Source of the DNA: Anthoceros angustus
Taxonomy: Eukaryota > Plantae > Anthocerotophyta
Reading direction: 5' to 3'
Assembly (NCBI GenBank): GCA_010909165.1
Contig: MU008209.1
Span: 124,001 to 188,000 of the forward strand
Length of the DNA: 64,000 nt
Below are positions 38,369-50,765 of the stretch, one piece after another. Position 1 is the stretch's first letter. The number at the start of each line of letters is the position of its first letter. The notes below the pieces were generated by a model. The model was given only the letters and a program-made list of their open reading frames with translations. It ran no database searches and had not been told where the DNA came from. Position numbers and translations under genes: made by a program.

Positions 38369-39027
38369 GCAAGAAGCACGCCTTAAGATCGGAAGCGGGG
38401 GCAAAGCCCCGCCTCCACCTCATGGAATAAATAAAATAACCTTTGAAAGTAGTGTTAAGGGGGCAAAGCCCCGCCTCCACCTCATGGAATAAATAAAATA
38501 ACGTTAAAAGTAGTGTTAAGGGGGCAAAGCCCCGCTCCACCTCATGAAATAAATAAAATAACGTTAAAAGTAGTGGTATTTCACTTGCGCCTACGGCCCA
38601 CTTATTCTACACCTCTTAAAGTCATTTCGCAATGATTGGATGCCGCCATGCCTTCGTTTTATATTACCCTGTGAGCTCAAGGGTTTTCAGAGACGGCGCC
38701 TGTTGGGAATACCCTGCAAGAGGACGACCTACTTTGCGCACTAGCATAAGAACGTCCAATCGTTGGACCGGAAACCGCGGTGAAACCACGGGAGAAACTA
38801 GGGAGAGGCAACTTCGAATACGTTAACAGGGAAACTACGAAGAGGCATGGGAGAGAGACCAAATCAGAAACGTGCCACAGGAACTTCGTGGAATAACAGG
38901 ACGGACAGACGGACACGACGGAGGAGAGCTTACAAATTGCAGCCTAGCAAGTGTAGGAAGGAGGAGATTGAATTGCAGAGTGCATCATTCATCGCTGCAG
39001 ATCGAGCCGCCGATCGGAGCGGACAAC

Positions 39028-40608
39028 ATGACGCGCATCAACTACTTCGCGGAGCCAGCTGAATCGGAGGCCAATGCACTCCGTTTCACGCACCGGGAGG
39101 TGTGCTACGTTGCGCCAGAGAAGCCGTCTGAGGTTGAGCAGATTCCTCTCACCAATCTCGACCTTCTGATGCCAGAGATGTGGGTGCCCGTCGTCCTCTT
39201 CTTCGCGAACAGAGCGCAAACTGCCGACAAGTTCCAAGAGCTGGTGCAGGAGCTCAAGAGCTCGCTGGCCAAGGTGTTGGTCGCCTTCTATCCCATGGCC
39301 GGACGAATTGTGTACCCTGACTCCACTGCCGAACGCCCGCACTTCTTGTGCAACGACGAAGGAGTGCCGTTCACGGAGGCGTGGATCGACGCCGAGATGA
39401 AGGATTTCTTCGGAGACCAAAACTTCAAGCCTCAGCCGCAGCTCTCGGGGATGAAGGCGGTTCTGGACCACTACAATCCGCGCTATGCTCCGGCGGTTGC
39501 CATCCAGGTGACTTGAATGTTTGCAAATCTGCCCTACCTGCTGCCAGCTGCCAGCTGCATCCATGGCATCCAATGTGTTCCCCCTCCGGCATTCCCTTCT
39601 CCGACCTCGCGCGTTGCTTTGCAGGTGACCTACTTCCAGAAGTGCGGGGGAGTGGCTGTGCAAGTCACGTGGAGCCACACGGCGGCTGACGGCTTCTCCG
39701 GATTCCATTTCTTCGGGTCCTGGGCCGAGATGACGCGGAAGGGAGACATCTCCCTGGCTCCGGATCACCGCAGGGAGCTCTTCCTCCCCCGAAACCCTCC
39801 CAAGTTTGATGACTCTCTGACGGGAGTGCGCATTGCTCCAGCCAACGAGAACTTCCGTGAGCTCGGAAACCAAGCTTTGTTCTTGTTTCCCGTTTCGAAG
39901 GAACAAACAGAGAAGATCAAGCAGGAAGCAATGTCCGCCATAGCCGGGAACGGAGAAGCAGAATCGGAGAAACCCTTCCCGCCGTATGTGACTACGGCCG
40001 ACTCTGTGTCCGCTTACATCTGGCAGAGAATCATACGAGCGCGCGGCTTGGATGCCAAGCACAAGGTGCGCTTCATGACCTTCGTGGACGGTAGAAAGCG
40101 GTTTCTGCCATCGCCGGAGAAAGCTTCCTCGTCGCTGCCACACAATGCCTACTTCGGAAACTTCGTGTGCTTTGCCGGCGCAACCACCACGGCCGGAGCT
40201 CTGCTCTCCAAGCCACTCGCTTTCTCGGCCGCTCTGATCCACGAGGCCGTGTCCTCAGTCACCAGTATTGAGCGATACCGCGCAACCATTGATTTCTCGG
40301 AAGCCCATGGAAGAGACCGGGTGGTGATCGGGAACAAGGATAGCGTCAGATTCAATCACGGGGAAGAAGGAGACTGGGTCTCTGAGTGCATTTCCTCCTG
40401 GTGGAGCCCTGGGTTCGTGATCTACGGCCTTGATTTCGGCTGGGGCCCCCCCGACTACGGAGCAAGGAACGGCATTCTTCCAGTCGAGTTTGGTGGTGCA
40501 TTCAATGTCATTCCTAGCAACACGGCCCCAGGGGACATCACCGTGTTTCTAAGTCTTGAACACGAGACAATGCCAAGCTTTCAAGCAAGCTTTCTCAGGT
40601 CTTATTAG
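39028..40608 (+). CDS. BAHD acyltransferase, exons 39028-39507 and 39625-40608
   Basis: LVAFYPMAGR, CNDEGVPF, the HxxxD motif (HTAAD) and DFGWG. A GT-AG intron lies at the conserved Q|VT position. Confidence 0.95.
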
Positions 40609-40706
40609 AGATGAGGATTCAGGATGAAATTTGGAACACAAGGATTCATGGCGGCTGTGACTGAGACATGTCCTAATTTCTATAAAGAAGGAGGACATGA
40701 CCACGG

Positions 40707-41589
40707 CTAGTACCTGCTCACTCCATTCACTTGTTGTGTGCCGAAGGTGTCTTCGTCCCCGTCCTTGATCTTCCTCCTCCTTTCTTTGATCATCTGGCTG
40801 TAGGCCTGCAGTTATGATCATTCACACATTCCACACTGTCAAATCACCATCAACGTAAGCATCCAGCAGCCCCACAGTGACGTCTTGCTGCTCAAGCAAC
40901 TGACCAGAGGATAGGAGTAGAGAAATATCCACCACCACGCAGAGATGACAAGCGACAGGATTCCTGTGACAATGGGAGCTTCGAACAGGCTCCATGATCC
41001 AGCGATGGCAATTGCTCCTGTGAGAAGGATTGTCCAAGGCTGGCACCTGCAAGTGCAGCACACAGAATACATTAGTACAAAAACCGAAGGATAAAGGCTC
41101 CATTTTCGAAGGGTTTAGGGTTTAAGAAAGCAACCAGCGCGGCAGCAGTAGTGCTGCTGCCGCCGATCGGGAGCAGATGGTGCCCAGTGTGCACATGGAA
41201 ACCAGGCATCTGATGCAAGAAGGGAAGCTGAAGAATGCAGAAAGAGCAAGGCAGGATTTTAGTCACCAGGCGGGCTTGGTGTCCCACACGCTCTCGTACT
41301 CCAATGACAGATCCGCCAGGTAGCTCTCCATATCCCGGATCACTCCCTCGTCATCTCTGTTGCTGCCTTTGCCCCCGTTGCTGGCACGCGATCTGGTGCT
41401 GCGGCATGCTGATCCAGGCTGATGCGCGCATCCGAGCAGTATAGCTTTGGCGCGATGCCCGCGGCCCGAGATGGAAGCTTCCCGGAATCTCAGGTGGAGC
41501 AGGGATGGCAAGCGTCCAGCTGCGCTACAACGGACGGGAGGGGAAGAGAAGGCAGCAGGGGAAGCATGGGCCACCTCGAAGGCCGCCAT
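40707..41589 (-). CDS. DUF6737-like plastid membrane protein; exons 41589-41267, 41046-40905, 40805-40707
   Basis: Spliced translation gives a transit-peptide-like N-terminus, then EYESVWDTKPAW|CQPWTILLTG..WWWIFLYSYPL|AYSQMIKERR. All introns are GT-AG and in frame. Confidence 0.85.
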
Positions 41590-41858
41590 GGCTTCCCGAA
41601 CTAGGATTCGTCGAATCGAGGTGAAACGCTGTTCCAGCCGAGAACGGAAATTCCTTTGCCTTTCTGTTGCTTCCCGAGTAGCCACTCGAGAAGCTATGGC
41701 GGGTAGTTGCCCAGACCAGCTTCATCCGGCGGCTGTGTATGCGGGTGCCAGCAATTACATGGCGGGCTTTAGGGATGTGTCCTGCACCTGGAATTCATCG
41801 CTCACGGTGCTCCGGGCGCCCGCGGTGAGCGCAGTGAGGCGGTAGCGGAGAGGCGGAG

Positions 41859-43105
41859 ATGATGGCTGCGCCCTTCCTGCCGGGATTGGATTTGGAGGAA
41901 GCCGAGGGATGGGCTGTGCAGGAAGCATCCCCGACGCGGCAGCGGAGACGGGAGCCCAGGAGTCGGAGCCGGAAGCCTGCCACGGAAATCAACTTCCTGG
42001 CGCAGCTGGAGCAGCGGGAGTTCCAGCCAGGGCGTGATGAGATTGCTGCCTACGACGAGGTTGAGGTGCAGGAGCCGAAATCCAAGCCGGAGCCCAGCAA
42101 GCGCTCCGGTGCCACCACCGGGAAGAGATCCAAGCCGGAGGCAACTGCGAAGGCTGAAGGAGCTTGTAAGAGGATAAGGCCACCCGCGAAGCGAGCTAAG
42201 CCGCAGGCGGAGGCTCCTCCTGCGGCCCAGCGGCAGCAGAAGGGGGTGCTGCTCATCAGGCCCCAGCCGAAGGCTGTGCGAGGGAAAGGTGCTTCCGCTG
42301 TTGGGCCGGATCCAGCTGCTGGAGATGACTCTGCTACGGAGTCCGAAGGGGAGATGGCGAGGCGGGCTTTGAAATCATCGCTCCCGGAGCAGGGTGGTGG
42401 TGGTGGTGCTGGCAAGAGCAGTAGCAGCACTTCTCATACTGTTTCATCTTCCGGGAATCGTGAAATTTTGAATGACCCGGCTCGGGAACAGGGTATGGTT
42501 TCTGGGCACATGTGGAGCTGTGTTGTGACGGGAGATTGAGCTTGTGATGTGTACTGTACTTGCAGCCTAAGTGAGGATGAGGGTGAGCACGAGCATGAGC
42601 ATCAATGTTTTATCTGACAAAGTTGGTGGTGGTTGTTGAACAGCTATTCTAGAGAGGAAAAAGGTTCTGAAAGCAATTGCTGCTACATTTCGGGACGAAT
42701 GCGTCTTGCTTAGTCGGAAGGTTCTCGCTCATCAGCGGCAGTGGAAGCAGGTTGGTTGGTTGCTTCATCTGTCATCTGTATGTCTTTTGACCGAGTTTCG
42801 TATTAGATTCACGGGACTAGACTGTCTTGTCTTGCTCTACTGATCGCGATGGTCTTGCTATTATCCCATGCGTAGTTGATCTCCCGTATGCTTATCCCTC
42901 TTATCTGATAAAACGGCAGGAACTTCAAACCCCTCATCCTGGTCTTGGGAGTGTGACAACGCTCGGAGATGATGGTGCAAAGGGACAAGCACCAAACTCA
43001 CGAGCAAGGGACAAACGCCCTCCCCCTCCTTCTGCAAGGAAGAAACCTGCGTCAAGGACCATCGTCACGTATGACCCGACCAGGAACCGTATTGCAGAGG
43101 TTTGA
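41859..43105 (+). CDS. Hypothetical low-complexity, K/R/P-rich protein (probably multi-exon or degenerate)
   Basis: A 226-aa GC-rich ORF with a plausible donor near 42494 and acceptor near 42565, plus a second ORF at 42827-43105. No domain recognised. Confidence 0.35.
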
Positions 43106-44493
43106 GGCGGTCTATTTGTCTCTTGGACAAATGAACTTCAGCCACCCTTCTGTCTCAGATGTGCCTGCAAGTGGGTAAGCAACTCTGAAAAACTCGATTA
43201 GTCCTTTCCTTCTTCCTGTTAGCCTTTTTGCATCAGACCATCAATCATCCGTATTCCTGCTGCCCAGGTGGTGCAAGGCAGGGGGGGAGAAGAACCGATG
43301 AAAGCTTGAACAGCTTGTTGCTTAGCAGAAGCTGATATTAGCCGGATGGGAAGGGATCTGAGGGCGTGGCTGTATGATGGATTGCCAGCTTTCCATCAGG
43401 ATGAGCACAGTATTTCAATGGCCCTCCTGGAGAAATTTGTCGACAACATCAAATGATGTACAATTTTCCAAGTTCACCAGTGTTTTTGGCGCTGTCTTTT
43501 CACGAGGGTGCAGCTGGATGAAGTTGGTCCTTGTTGGTGACAAAGGCAAGGCAAGGCTCAATTCCTGTGTGCCATCTCGTCCCACGGCCTTCCTCCGTGA
43601 TGTGTCAGGCTCTCAGCACAGCAACACCGTGCATGATCCATCTGTGTGAGTGGCAGGGTGTTTGAATGCAGGAGTAAATGCATGAGAGCAGGGGTCGCCA
43701 TCTCTCATGTCCTGCTGTCCCGCAGACTTCCTTCCCACATGCTTTGTCCGTCCAGTCGCATTAGTTACAGGACATCCCTACTGGGAGTGGGTGCTGATGT
43801 ACCTAACCCGCAGTGGGGACACGCAAACGGCGAGATTGCAGATGCGCGGGGTCGTGAACGCGTTTTGACCCCCCGGTTCACCTCTTTTGGCCCGCGTGTG
43901 CCCGAGCTCCTTCCGCTTTCCCGTCACACGGCCCGGCCGAGCCAGCTGCAGCTGCCACCCAAGCGCCTTCATTCGCACTGTCGCTGGCCCGCTTCCCCTC
44001 GCAGCGGTGGCGCTTGCTGTAAGTTGCACACAGGAGCGCCGGCCCGCCCGCCCCCGCCGCCAATGCTCCTACCCTGCTTCCGCCTGCGTCTCGCCTAGGG
44101 CCCCCGCCTCCGCGCAGTCTCCGGTGAGCGGCCATCGGGTGTGGTGCGTCTCAGCGCGGCAATGTGATGCTGTCTTGGTTTTTGCGCATTCTGTAGCTTG
44201 TTTGGGATTGTTCTGCGCTTAGAGCACGACAGATCTGGCGCTGTGACTTGTCCCTCACTTTCAGGTAAGATCACTCATGTTCTGCGCTGAATTGTGCTTG
44301 TTTTCTTGCGGTTCGTGAATTGTATGCCTCTCGACTCAGGAAGTCTGCATATGGTTAGCCAATTGGCATCGGGTTGGTTCCTGTGTAAGATTTGTAGACG
44401 GACTCGTGCTTACTGTTGCTGTCATTTTTTGCTCCCAGGCCTTGACCGGACATCTGCTGTCGTTGATAGCCTCTGTCTGATGGTTCAGTGACC

Positions 44494-44667
44494 ATGGACT
44501 CCACCGGGAGAATGGATGCGATTAAGCCAGGAAAGTCCTCGAAATCAAGCAACAGGCGAATGTGGAAATACACTTTCTACGACTATGAACATAAGATGAA
44601 GTTACAGGTCAAATCGAGCTGGCAGTGGCTCAAGAAGCAGTACCACACTGCCCTCGGACATGAGTAG
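44494..44667 (+). CDS. 57-aa DUF3511-like small protein (below the ORF-track cutoff)
   Basis: MDSTGRMDAIKPGKSSKSSNRRMWKYTFYDYEHKMKLQVKSSWQWLKKQYHTALGHE fits the RRxxxYxxYxxExKxKxxxxxSxxWxKxxY pattern. It has a ccATGg context and a likely 5'UTR intron at 44265-44438. Confidence 0.7.
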   Translation: MDSTGRMDAIKPGKSSKSSNRRMWKYTFYDYEHKMKLQVKSSWQWLKKQYHTALGHE

Positions 44668-45599
44668 CGGTTCTGGAAGTTAGCTGATGATGCAAGGCTT
44701 GCCTTTGGACAGTCGGAATTGTCCCTAGCGATTGTTCCACCATTTAGAGCTGCTCTAATGGCGCGGCGTTAGGCTGCTTTTGTAGCCTTGAGAATTGTGG
44801 ATTCCGGGAAGAATTGCTTGTTGCTCTCACAATTTTTGCTAGGCTCGCTCTTGGAGACTTTCGTTCTCTCCCTTTACCTTGTGAATATGGACTGTTCCGC
44901 ACAATTTCTACGTCTCTGTTTCCATCTTGTTGTAGCAACAACTGTAGTTACGGACGTCTCTGTTTTCACACAAGCGAGGCAGCGAGTATCAAGTTGACTT
45001 GGTTCAGAGGCTTCCAGAGCATGGACAGGAAACAGAAAAGAGACTGTTCCATGTAGTGACAGAGTGCGACAAAAAAGAACACTTTTAAGTTGCTGTGTAG
45101 TCGGATTTCTTGCCGATCACAGATTCAGCTGGCTGACAAAAGTCTGTTGTTCCATCATCGTGCCCTAAACCAAATTTTGAAAGAGACGCAAGCTGACACG
45201 TAACAACCAAGTGGACTGTAGTTACCAACCATGTTACCAGAGCATACTCTTATTCGAAAGCAGACCAGTGCTAAGGAAATTCTCTTAAAATTTGGTGGTA
45301 ATAAAAACATCAAGAAATGAAATGCCATTCCACTAAAAAAAGGAATGGAGTTCGTTCTAAGATACAGAAGATACAGGAGAGCCGGAGTCTAGGACTCCAG
45401 AACAGGTGGTACCCGGGCTGTCATGGAATTTTCAGTAACAGCAGACTGTGGGCCGAACTCGCCATAACACCATTTCCGGCAGAAGCCCAGGACTTCAGAA
45501 CCAAAAAATAACCAACTCAGTGTACCAGCTACATGAGCGCAAAAAGAGTTTTGAACCCCCATAAACTGCGAGAAAAAAGCCGCCGAAATGTACATAGCT

Positions 45600-47732
45600 C
45601 TACGTTGAGTCATCCTCGTCCACGTTAACCTTTTGCCTCTTCCACTTGTAAGCGGCTTCCAGAATCTTAATGTTGGGAACCATGCCTGCTTCCTCAGGGA
45701 AGATGTAGTCCGTGTACTCTTCGTACCCAGCTACAGTTCCATCTTCCGCAGAAATGGCACGCTTTCTCTTCACTCTTCTTGGCAACTTCCGTTGCACCAA
45801 AGTCACATCACCCAGCTCGTCAAAGCTTCGCTCCATCTCCAGCCATTCTTCAAGCAGCATTGCCCTCTCCTCTTTCTGTTCGGGTGCCCCTGACCGTAAG
45901 CTTTCAAAGGCCCTCTGAAATACATCTCTACACCGAAGCACCCTTTTTTGGTTGTGCTCCTGCAGAAGGCCTGCATCTGGCTCCCGGCCTTCTTCCTGTG
46001 CCCTTAATTCCTCTTGAGAAGACACAGCAGCTTCGAATTTTGCAAAACTTACCCAAACCTTGAGGTGTTTGGTACGGTTTAGCAACCGTTCATACAATTC
46101 CCTTGTTCTCTCATGTTCCCCTTCGGATATTTCAAACTCAATGTACGCCTTCCACAGCAACTCTGGCATATCCAAAACTGGCTGAGAAATGGCCAGCTCG
46201 AAAATAGCTCGTCCCCTTTCCGTTTCGCCCAGGGACCTCTCTAACTCTGCGAACTTGCTCCAAGCATAGCAGTTTGCCGGAGCCCAATCCAAGTACTTCT
46301 CGTACAGTGTTCTGCACCTGTCAATATTCCCCAGCTGCAGTTCTATCTCTATGTAAGTCTTGAATATCTTGTCCTTGGGAGCCATCCCGATGGCAGACCC
46401 CAATATCTGCCTGGCTGACTGCAGGTTCTTCTGTCGGATAGCAAACTGTGCAGCCATGAGCCAGATTTTCGCAAATGAAAACTGCTTATGTGGTATCAAC
46501 TTGAGGCACTCCTTGTACACATCCTTGGTCCGCTCCATGTCCTGAGCCTCCAGCTCTTCGTACAGAGCATAGTTTATCCACAAGTATATGTATCTTTGCC
46601 AGTACCTTTTCTCCTCTGCAGGTGGAACATTAGCCACAGCTCTCTCGTACACCTCCCTAACCTTCTCCTTCTCCCCAACACTCTCCTCCAGACGCACGTA
46701 GTCAAACCACGCATCATAGTTGAGCGGGTTTGCTTTCACCTGCTCCTCGTACTGAAACCTACGCTTCCCCACAATAACATCCTCTATTCCATCCCTGTCC
46801 CCAAACTGCCTCTCGAACGTGGCAAACTTCTTGTAAAGCTCCTCTGCCTGCGCCTTGGGGATGTGATCCAGAGCATACTTATAGATGCAACGAGCCCGTT
46901 CCACCTCCTTACACCGCTCCTCAAACTGGGCAAAGGCGACAAACAACTCCTCTGTCTGCCCGTCCTCCCCCAGCTGCTCCATGGCCCTCTCATAGCACTG
47001 TCTGGCACGCCCTATCTCCCCATTCTTCACTTCAAATTTTGCGTAACGTACCCAGGACCTCACAGTGGGATGACAATTCACATACCTATCGAACAAAGCC
47101 CTGGCCCTATCAACCTCGTTGTACCGGAGCTCAAACTTGATATAAGCCGCCCACCCGTGGTGGTCCGGCTCCCACATCATCCACCTCTCGAAAATCTGTC
47201 TGGCACCAGCGATGTTCCCCAGCATCTCCTCCATGTGGATGTACTTGTACCACAGCTGGTCTATCCTGGGCAGGAGAGACACAGCCCGGTCCCACACATT
47301 CCTGGCATGGTTCAAGAACCGGTTCTTCATCTCCATCTCCGCGTACTTGAGCCATAGCGTGGTGTTCCGGTAGTCCACCTCCAACGCCCTCTCCCAAATG
47401 GACCTGGCCCGGGCAAAGTCGTGCTGCTTCTCCTCCCACTGCGCGTACTTGACCCACACGCTGATGTTCCATCGCACCCGCCGAATTCGGTCTTCAAACT
47501 CCTTCCTCTGCCGCAACCTGTACTCCCCGAGCTCCTCAGCGTCGGCAATCTTCTGCTTGGGCGGCCGTATCTCCGCCTCCTGCCGCTCCCGGGCTTCCCT
47601 CAAAATCTGCTCCGCTGTAATCTGCACAGGCGCTGGCGTCTTGTTCTTTACCCTGGTCGGCCTCGGCAGCTTCACCTCCGTCTCCTTGGGCGTGAGGAAC
47701 CCCAGCGCCGGGTCTGCTTGTTTCGACGCCAT
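45600..47732 (-). CDS. CRN: Crooked neck / Clf1 / CRNKL1 HAT-repeat splicing factor, intronless
   Basis: 710-aa ORF with VKNKTPAPVQITAEQILREA, HAT repeats and C-terminal YIFPEE..KILEAAYKWK. Confidence 0.98.
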   Translation of the reverse strand: MASKQADPALGFLTPKETEVKLPRPTRVKNKTPAPVQITAEQILREARERQEAEIRPPKQKIADAEELGEYRLRQRKEFEDRIRRVRWNISVWVKYAQWEEKQHDFARARSIWERALEVDYRNTTLWLKYAEMEMKNRFLNHARNVWDRAVSLLPRIDQLWYKYIHMEEMLGNIAGARQIFERWMMWEPDHHGWAAYIKFELRYNEVDRARALFDRYVNCHPTVRSWVRYAKFEVKNGEIGRARQCYERAMEQLGEDGQTEELFVAFAQFEERCKEVERARCIYKYALDHIPKAQAEELYKKFATFERQFGDRDGIEDVIVGKRRFQYEEQVKANPLNYDAWFDYVRLEESVGEKEKVREVYERAVANVPPAEEKRYWQRYIYLWINYALYEELEAQDMERTKDVYKECLKLIPHKQFSFAKIWLMAAQFAIRQKNLQSARQILGSAIGMAPKDKIFKTYIEIELQLGNIDRCRTLYEKYLDWAPANCYAWSKFAELERSLGETERGRAIFELAISQPVLDMPELLWKAYIEFEISEGEHERTRELYERLLNRTKHLKVWVSFAKFEAAVSSQEELRAQEEGREPDAGLLQEHNQKRVLRCRDVFQRAFESLRSGAPEQKEERAMLLEEWLEMERSFDELGDVTLVQRKLPRRVKRKRAISAEDGTVAGYEEYTDYIFPEEAGMVPNIKILEAAYKWKRQKVNVDEDDST

Positions 47733-48714
47733 GGCAGCGATTGCCGCAGCTCCTGCGCCCGGCTTCTGCGCCCTAAGCTCCTACTTGTGAAGCAGGAGCA
47801 TGGGATTTCTATTAATTTCTTCTTATCCCAAACTTTTCTATACCTACTGTAGAGCAGACCCCGGAAAATCTAACCCTTTTAATTTTTGAGACAGGTTCGG
47901 CAGCCTAAATTTAGCCATTTTCCCGTTTTCAAAAATCTTCCCGAAGGCCTTCGATTCTCCTGCTCAATATCGCTGTGACGAGAGATCCCACACAAATGAA
48001 GGGAAGCAAAAACAAGAGCTTCATAATAGACAAAATAACGTGAAAGATCCACAAACAAGAACTAGGTGTTTGGGTTGTTCCTTTGGAGCTAGTGATACAG
48101 TCATATATATTGTACTATTTATATAGAGTACTATATGTAAAGAAGAATTTTTAAAATTTTAATATTTAAATAAAATAATTTCTTAAAATAGATTTTTAAT
48201 TTTTATAATTGATTTTTGCTAAACCGTCGCAATACATGTCCATATCTTCCCCTTCAACCAGCACTCTCTTAGAAATATGAAGAAGAAGGGAGAATCTTAA
48301 GCATCATTAAAAACTTTAATTTTTTTAGTTAAAACCACGTAGGAAAAGTGTCATAAAGAAATATGCCATGCTCACAATTCGTCAACAATATCTAGGAACC
48401 TTCGTCACCCTTGGCCGCATCATGTTTGGAACTAGATAACTCCTTAGATACGGGAACAATTCATAAATAACATATAAACTCATGAAAACTCCATTCATAG
48501 TTGCCAGAGTAGCATATTGAAATGCAATTATCTCTCCTTCTACCTTTTCCCCAATAATGAACATAAATATGTTTTGTATATTGATGAAAGGATTATGTCT
48601 AAGCCAGATAGAACCCTGACAATACGTGTTAAGAATAGTTGGTGTGGTCTAAGATGACCAAGCTCAGAAAGTAGAAGCCACAACCAAAATGCTCAAGGAC
48701 ACCAGTGAGTCTAT

Positions 48715-48851
48715 AACTAGGGATAACTCAAGCTATCTAGAAATGTGGCCAGGAACATCAACTAAGGATAACACAAACTATCTAGAAATGTGTTCAGGAA
48801 CATCAACTAAGGATAACACAAGCTATGTAGAAATGTGCTCAGGAACATCAA
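48715..48851. repeat. 45-bp tandem repeat x3
   Basis: aacta(a/g)ggataac.caa.ctat.tagaaatgtg..caggaacatc at 48715, 48760 and 48805. Confidence 0.9.
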
Positions 48852-49984
48852 TAAGTATGTAACGAGGGATAATCAAGTTTGCTAAGCATTTCGTCGGTTG
48901 GTGACCCATGCAAACGAGGCTTGATTGTGATGTGCACAATGCACTATTCAGGCATGCTATGGCTTGTTGGAATTGGCTCAACGAGTTCTTTTTCCGTAGA
49001 TTTCTCACGATTTTAGGAGCTGAAATTTGATCAGAATTGACGAGAAACTAACCATGCCCAAAACTTACAAGTTCAATTTCTAGCCTCTATTCGAAAATTT
49101 TGCATTCATTGCTAATGTAGTCTTGCTTAACATAAGAGTTACAAAGAGAAGATTTCTAAGGAAGAACTTAAATATTACAACAAGCCCCAATTGTAAATGG
49201 TATGTTAACCGAGGAGTTTCCTACCATATCACTAGCAATCGTGATTGCTTCTAAGTCATTTATTTCTCGTATTCATGAGTTTGATATTTATCTTGCTCAT
49301 AACTCATCTTATTTTATTGGAGGTGTAATAATATTGATGGTTTTATTGTAAAATATAATATTTACAGAGCAAGACTACTGTAAAGTTTTTTGTAATGGTT
49401 TGTTAATTCTCGAAGAATTCATTACCTGCTCATGTTATTTGTCACCATGGAAAACTTCTGAACACACCAAGAATAAACTCGTTCATAAAAAGTCTGCAAT
49501 TAAGCTCACTCGAGGGTGAATCACAAACTTACAAGGACGCGAGATCTAGACCTTCCTTCCCGGTACTCGGCAGGAGCTTGTGGATGCAAAACATTGCAAT
49601 CAAGCTGGTGTGCCAAGTTCAGCCCATTTATAGGTAACGCTCATAGTGTGCATCCATACATATCATGCAACCATCGTGTGGCTGACTGCAGCATGCACAT
49701 ACATAGGGCAGCTACTGCCAGTCCCGTGACAAATTTGAGCACACCGACGGTTCTAGCCTGTTTGTTCACACATGTGCACTACAGCGACCTCCAAGGTTGG
49801 TTGTAATACCTTCTACTCTCAACGATCAAATTCTGTTGCAAGAGGCACTTGTTGAGCCAGTGCTTTTCAAGCAGGCGAGGTAGAGAACACAGGTCTCTGG
49901 TTCTCAGAAACCTGAAGAGGAGTTGTTGCAAGTGATGCACCCAACCCACATTGTTGCTGCACATGAGGGTTTTTGCAAGCCAGG

Positions 49985-50380
49985 TGAGTGATGTTGGATA
50001 TAAATATGCTTTGCCCTTGAGTGGTGCACAGGGTTCTTGATCAATGCCTTGCTTCCCTGGTTGTCACTTTGAAGAACACTTGACTGCACTTGGTGATACC
50101 CAATTTCTTCCATGAACCTTCTCAACCAAATGGCTTCTTTTGTAGCTTGTGTGGATGCCATGTACTCAGCCTTCACCGTAGACATTGCAACAGTTGGTTG
50201 CTTTTATAGCACCTCCCCTTAGGATAAAAACATATCCGGTTGTGGACCTCCTATCATCAAGATCGCTCCCCCAATCCGAGTCACAATGTCCAAGCAGTAT
50301 ATGTCCTTCATTTGAACCTAAAACTCAAGGTACATGACTGTGCCTTTCAAGTACCTCATTATCCTCATTACTGCACTTTC
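49985..50380 (-). mobile_element. Ty1/Copia RT-RNase H remnant
   Basis: RIMRYLKGT..CDSDWGSDLDDRRSTTGYVF..KQPTVAMSTVKAEYMA..EAIWLRR..SDNQG..NPVHHSRAKHI. Confidence 0.92.
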
Positions 50381-50765
50381 CTACCCTGCCCGCCATCCCT
50401 CTCGGTTGCGCACAGAGTTTACATACGTGTTCCATGTTCAAGCTGTTGGCTGCTACAAGCACTGGACCTTTGAGTGGTTCTTCAACGTCCGACACCTTCG
50501 TCGATAGCTCACTGAAGAAAAAAAGGGTTTCCTGGCCCTGGCCCTGCTGGCAAGGGGCATGGCCTGCGCCTAGGAACGGTTCCCATACCTCATGAAAGAC
50601 GGCTTTCGTAATATTCGTTTGCATGTTTCAGTTTTGGCGCGTTGTCGAAGGACCGCAAAATTAGCTTACTATTTATCTGGAGTGAAGGAATGTCTGTCTT
50701 CGGCTATGCACGCAGCATGGCTGGGTCGCTCAGGGAGACCGCAATTTGGACGTGGCTAGGACGCG

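Larger units (their letters stand above)
1..39110. repeat. Tandem segmental array of about 3.4 composite units (boundaries at 3876/13260/26392/39110)
   Basis: The same ORFs recur in order, e.g. MIACRHAFVLYYP at 3401, 12788, 25919 and (as MIGCRH) 38632, and the PPR piece MDPTNWCVD at 6473, 17334 and 30457. Unit lengths are about 9.4, 13.1 and 12.7 kb. Confidence 0.95.

Noticed and set aside
38989-40242. 417-aa minus-strand ORF
   Set aside because: Antisense shadow of the GC-rich BAHD gene.
41111-41123. Telomere-like GGGTTTAGGGTTT
   Set aside because: Fewer than two full units, inside an intron; not a telomeric array.
46488-47357. 289-aa plus-strand ORF
   Set aside because: Antisense shadow of crooked neck.
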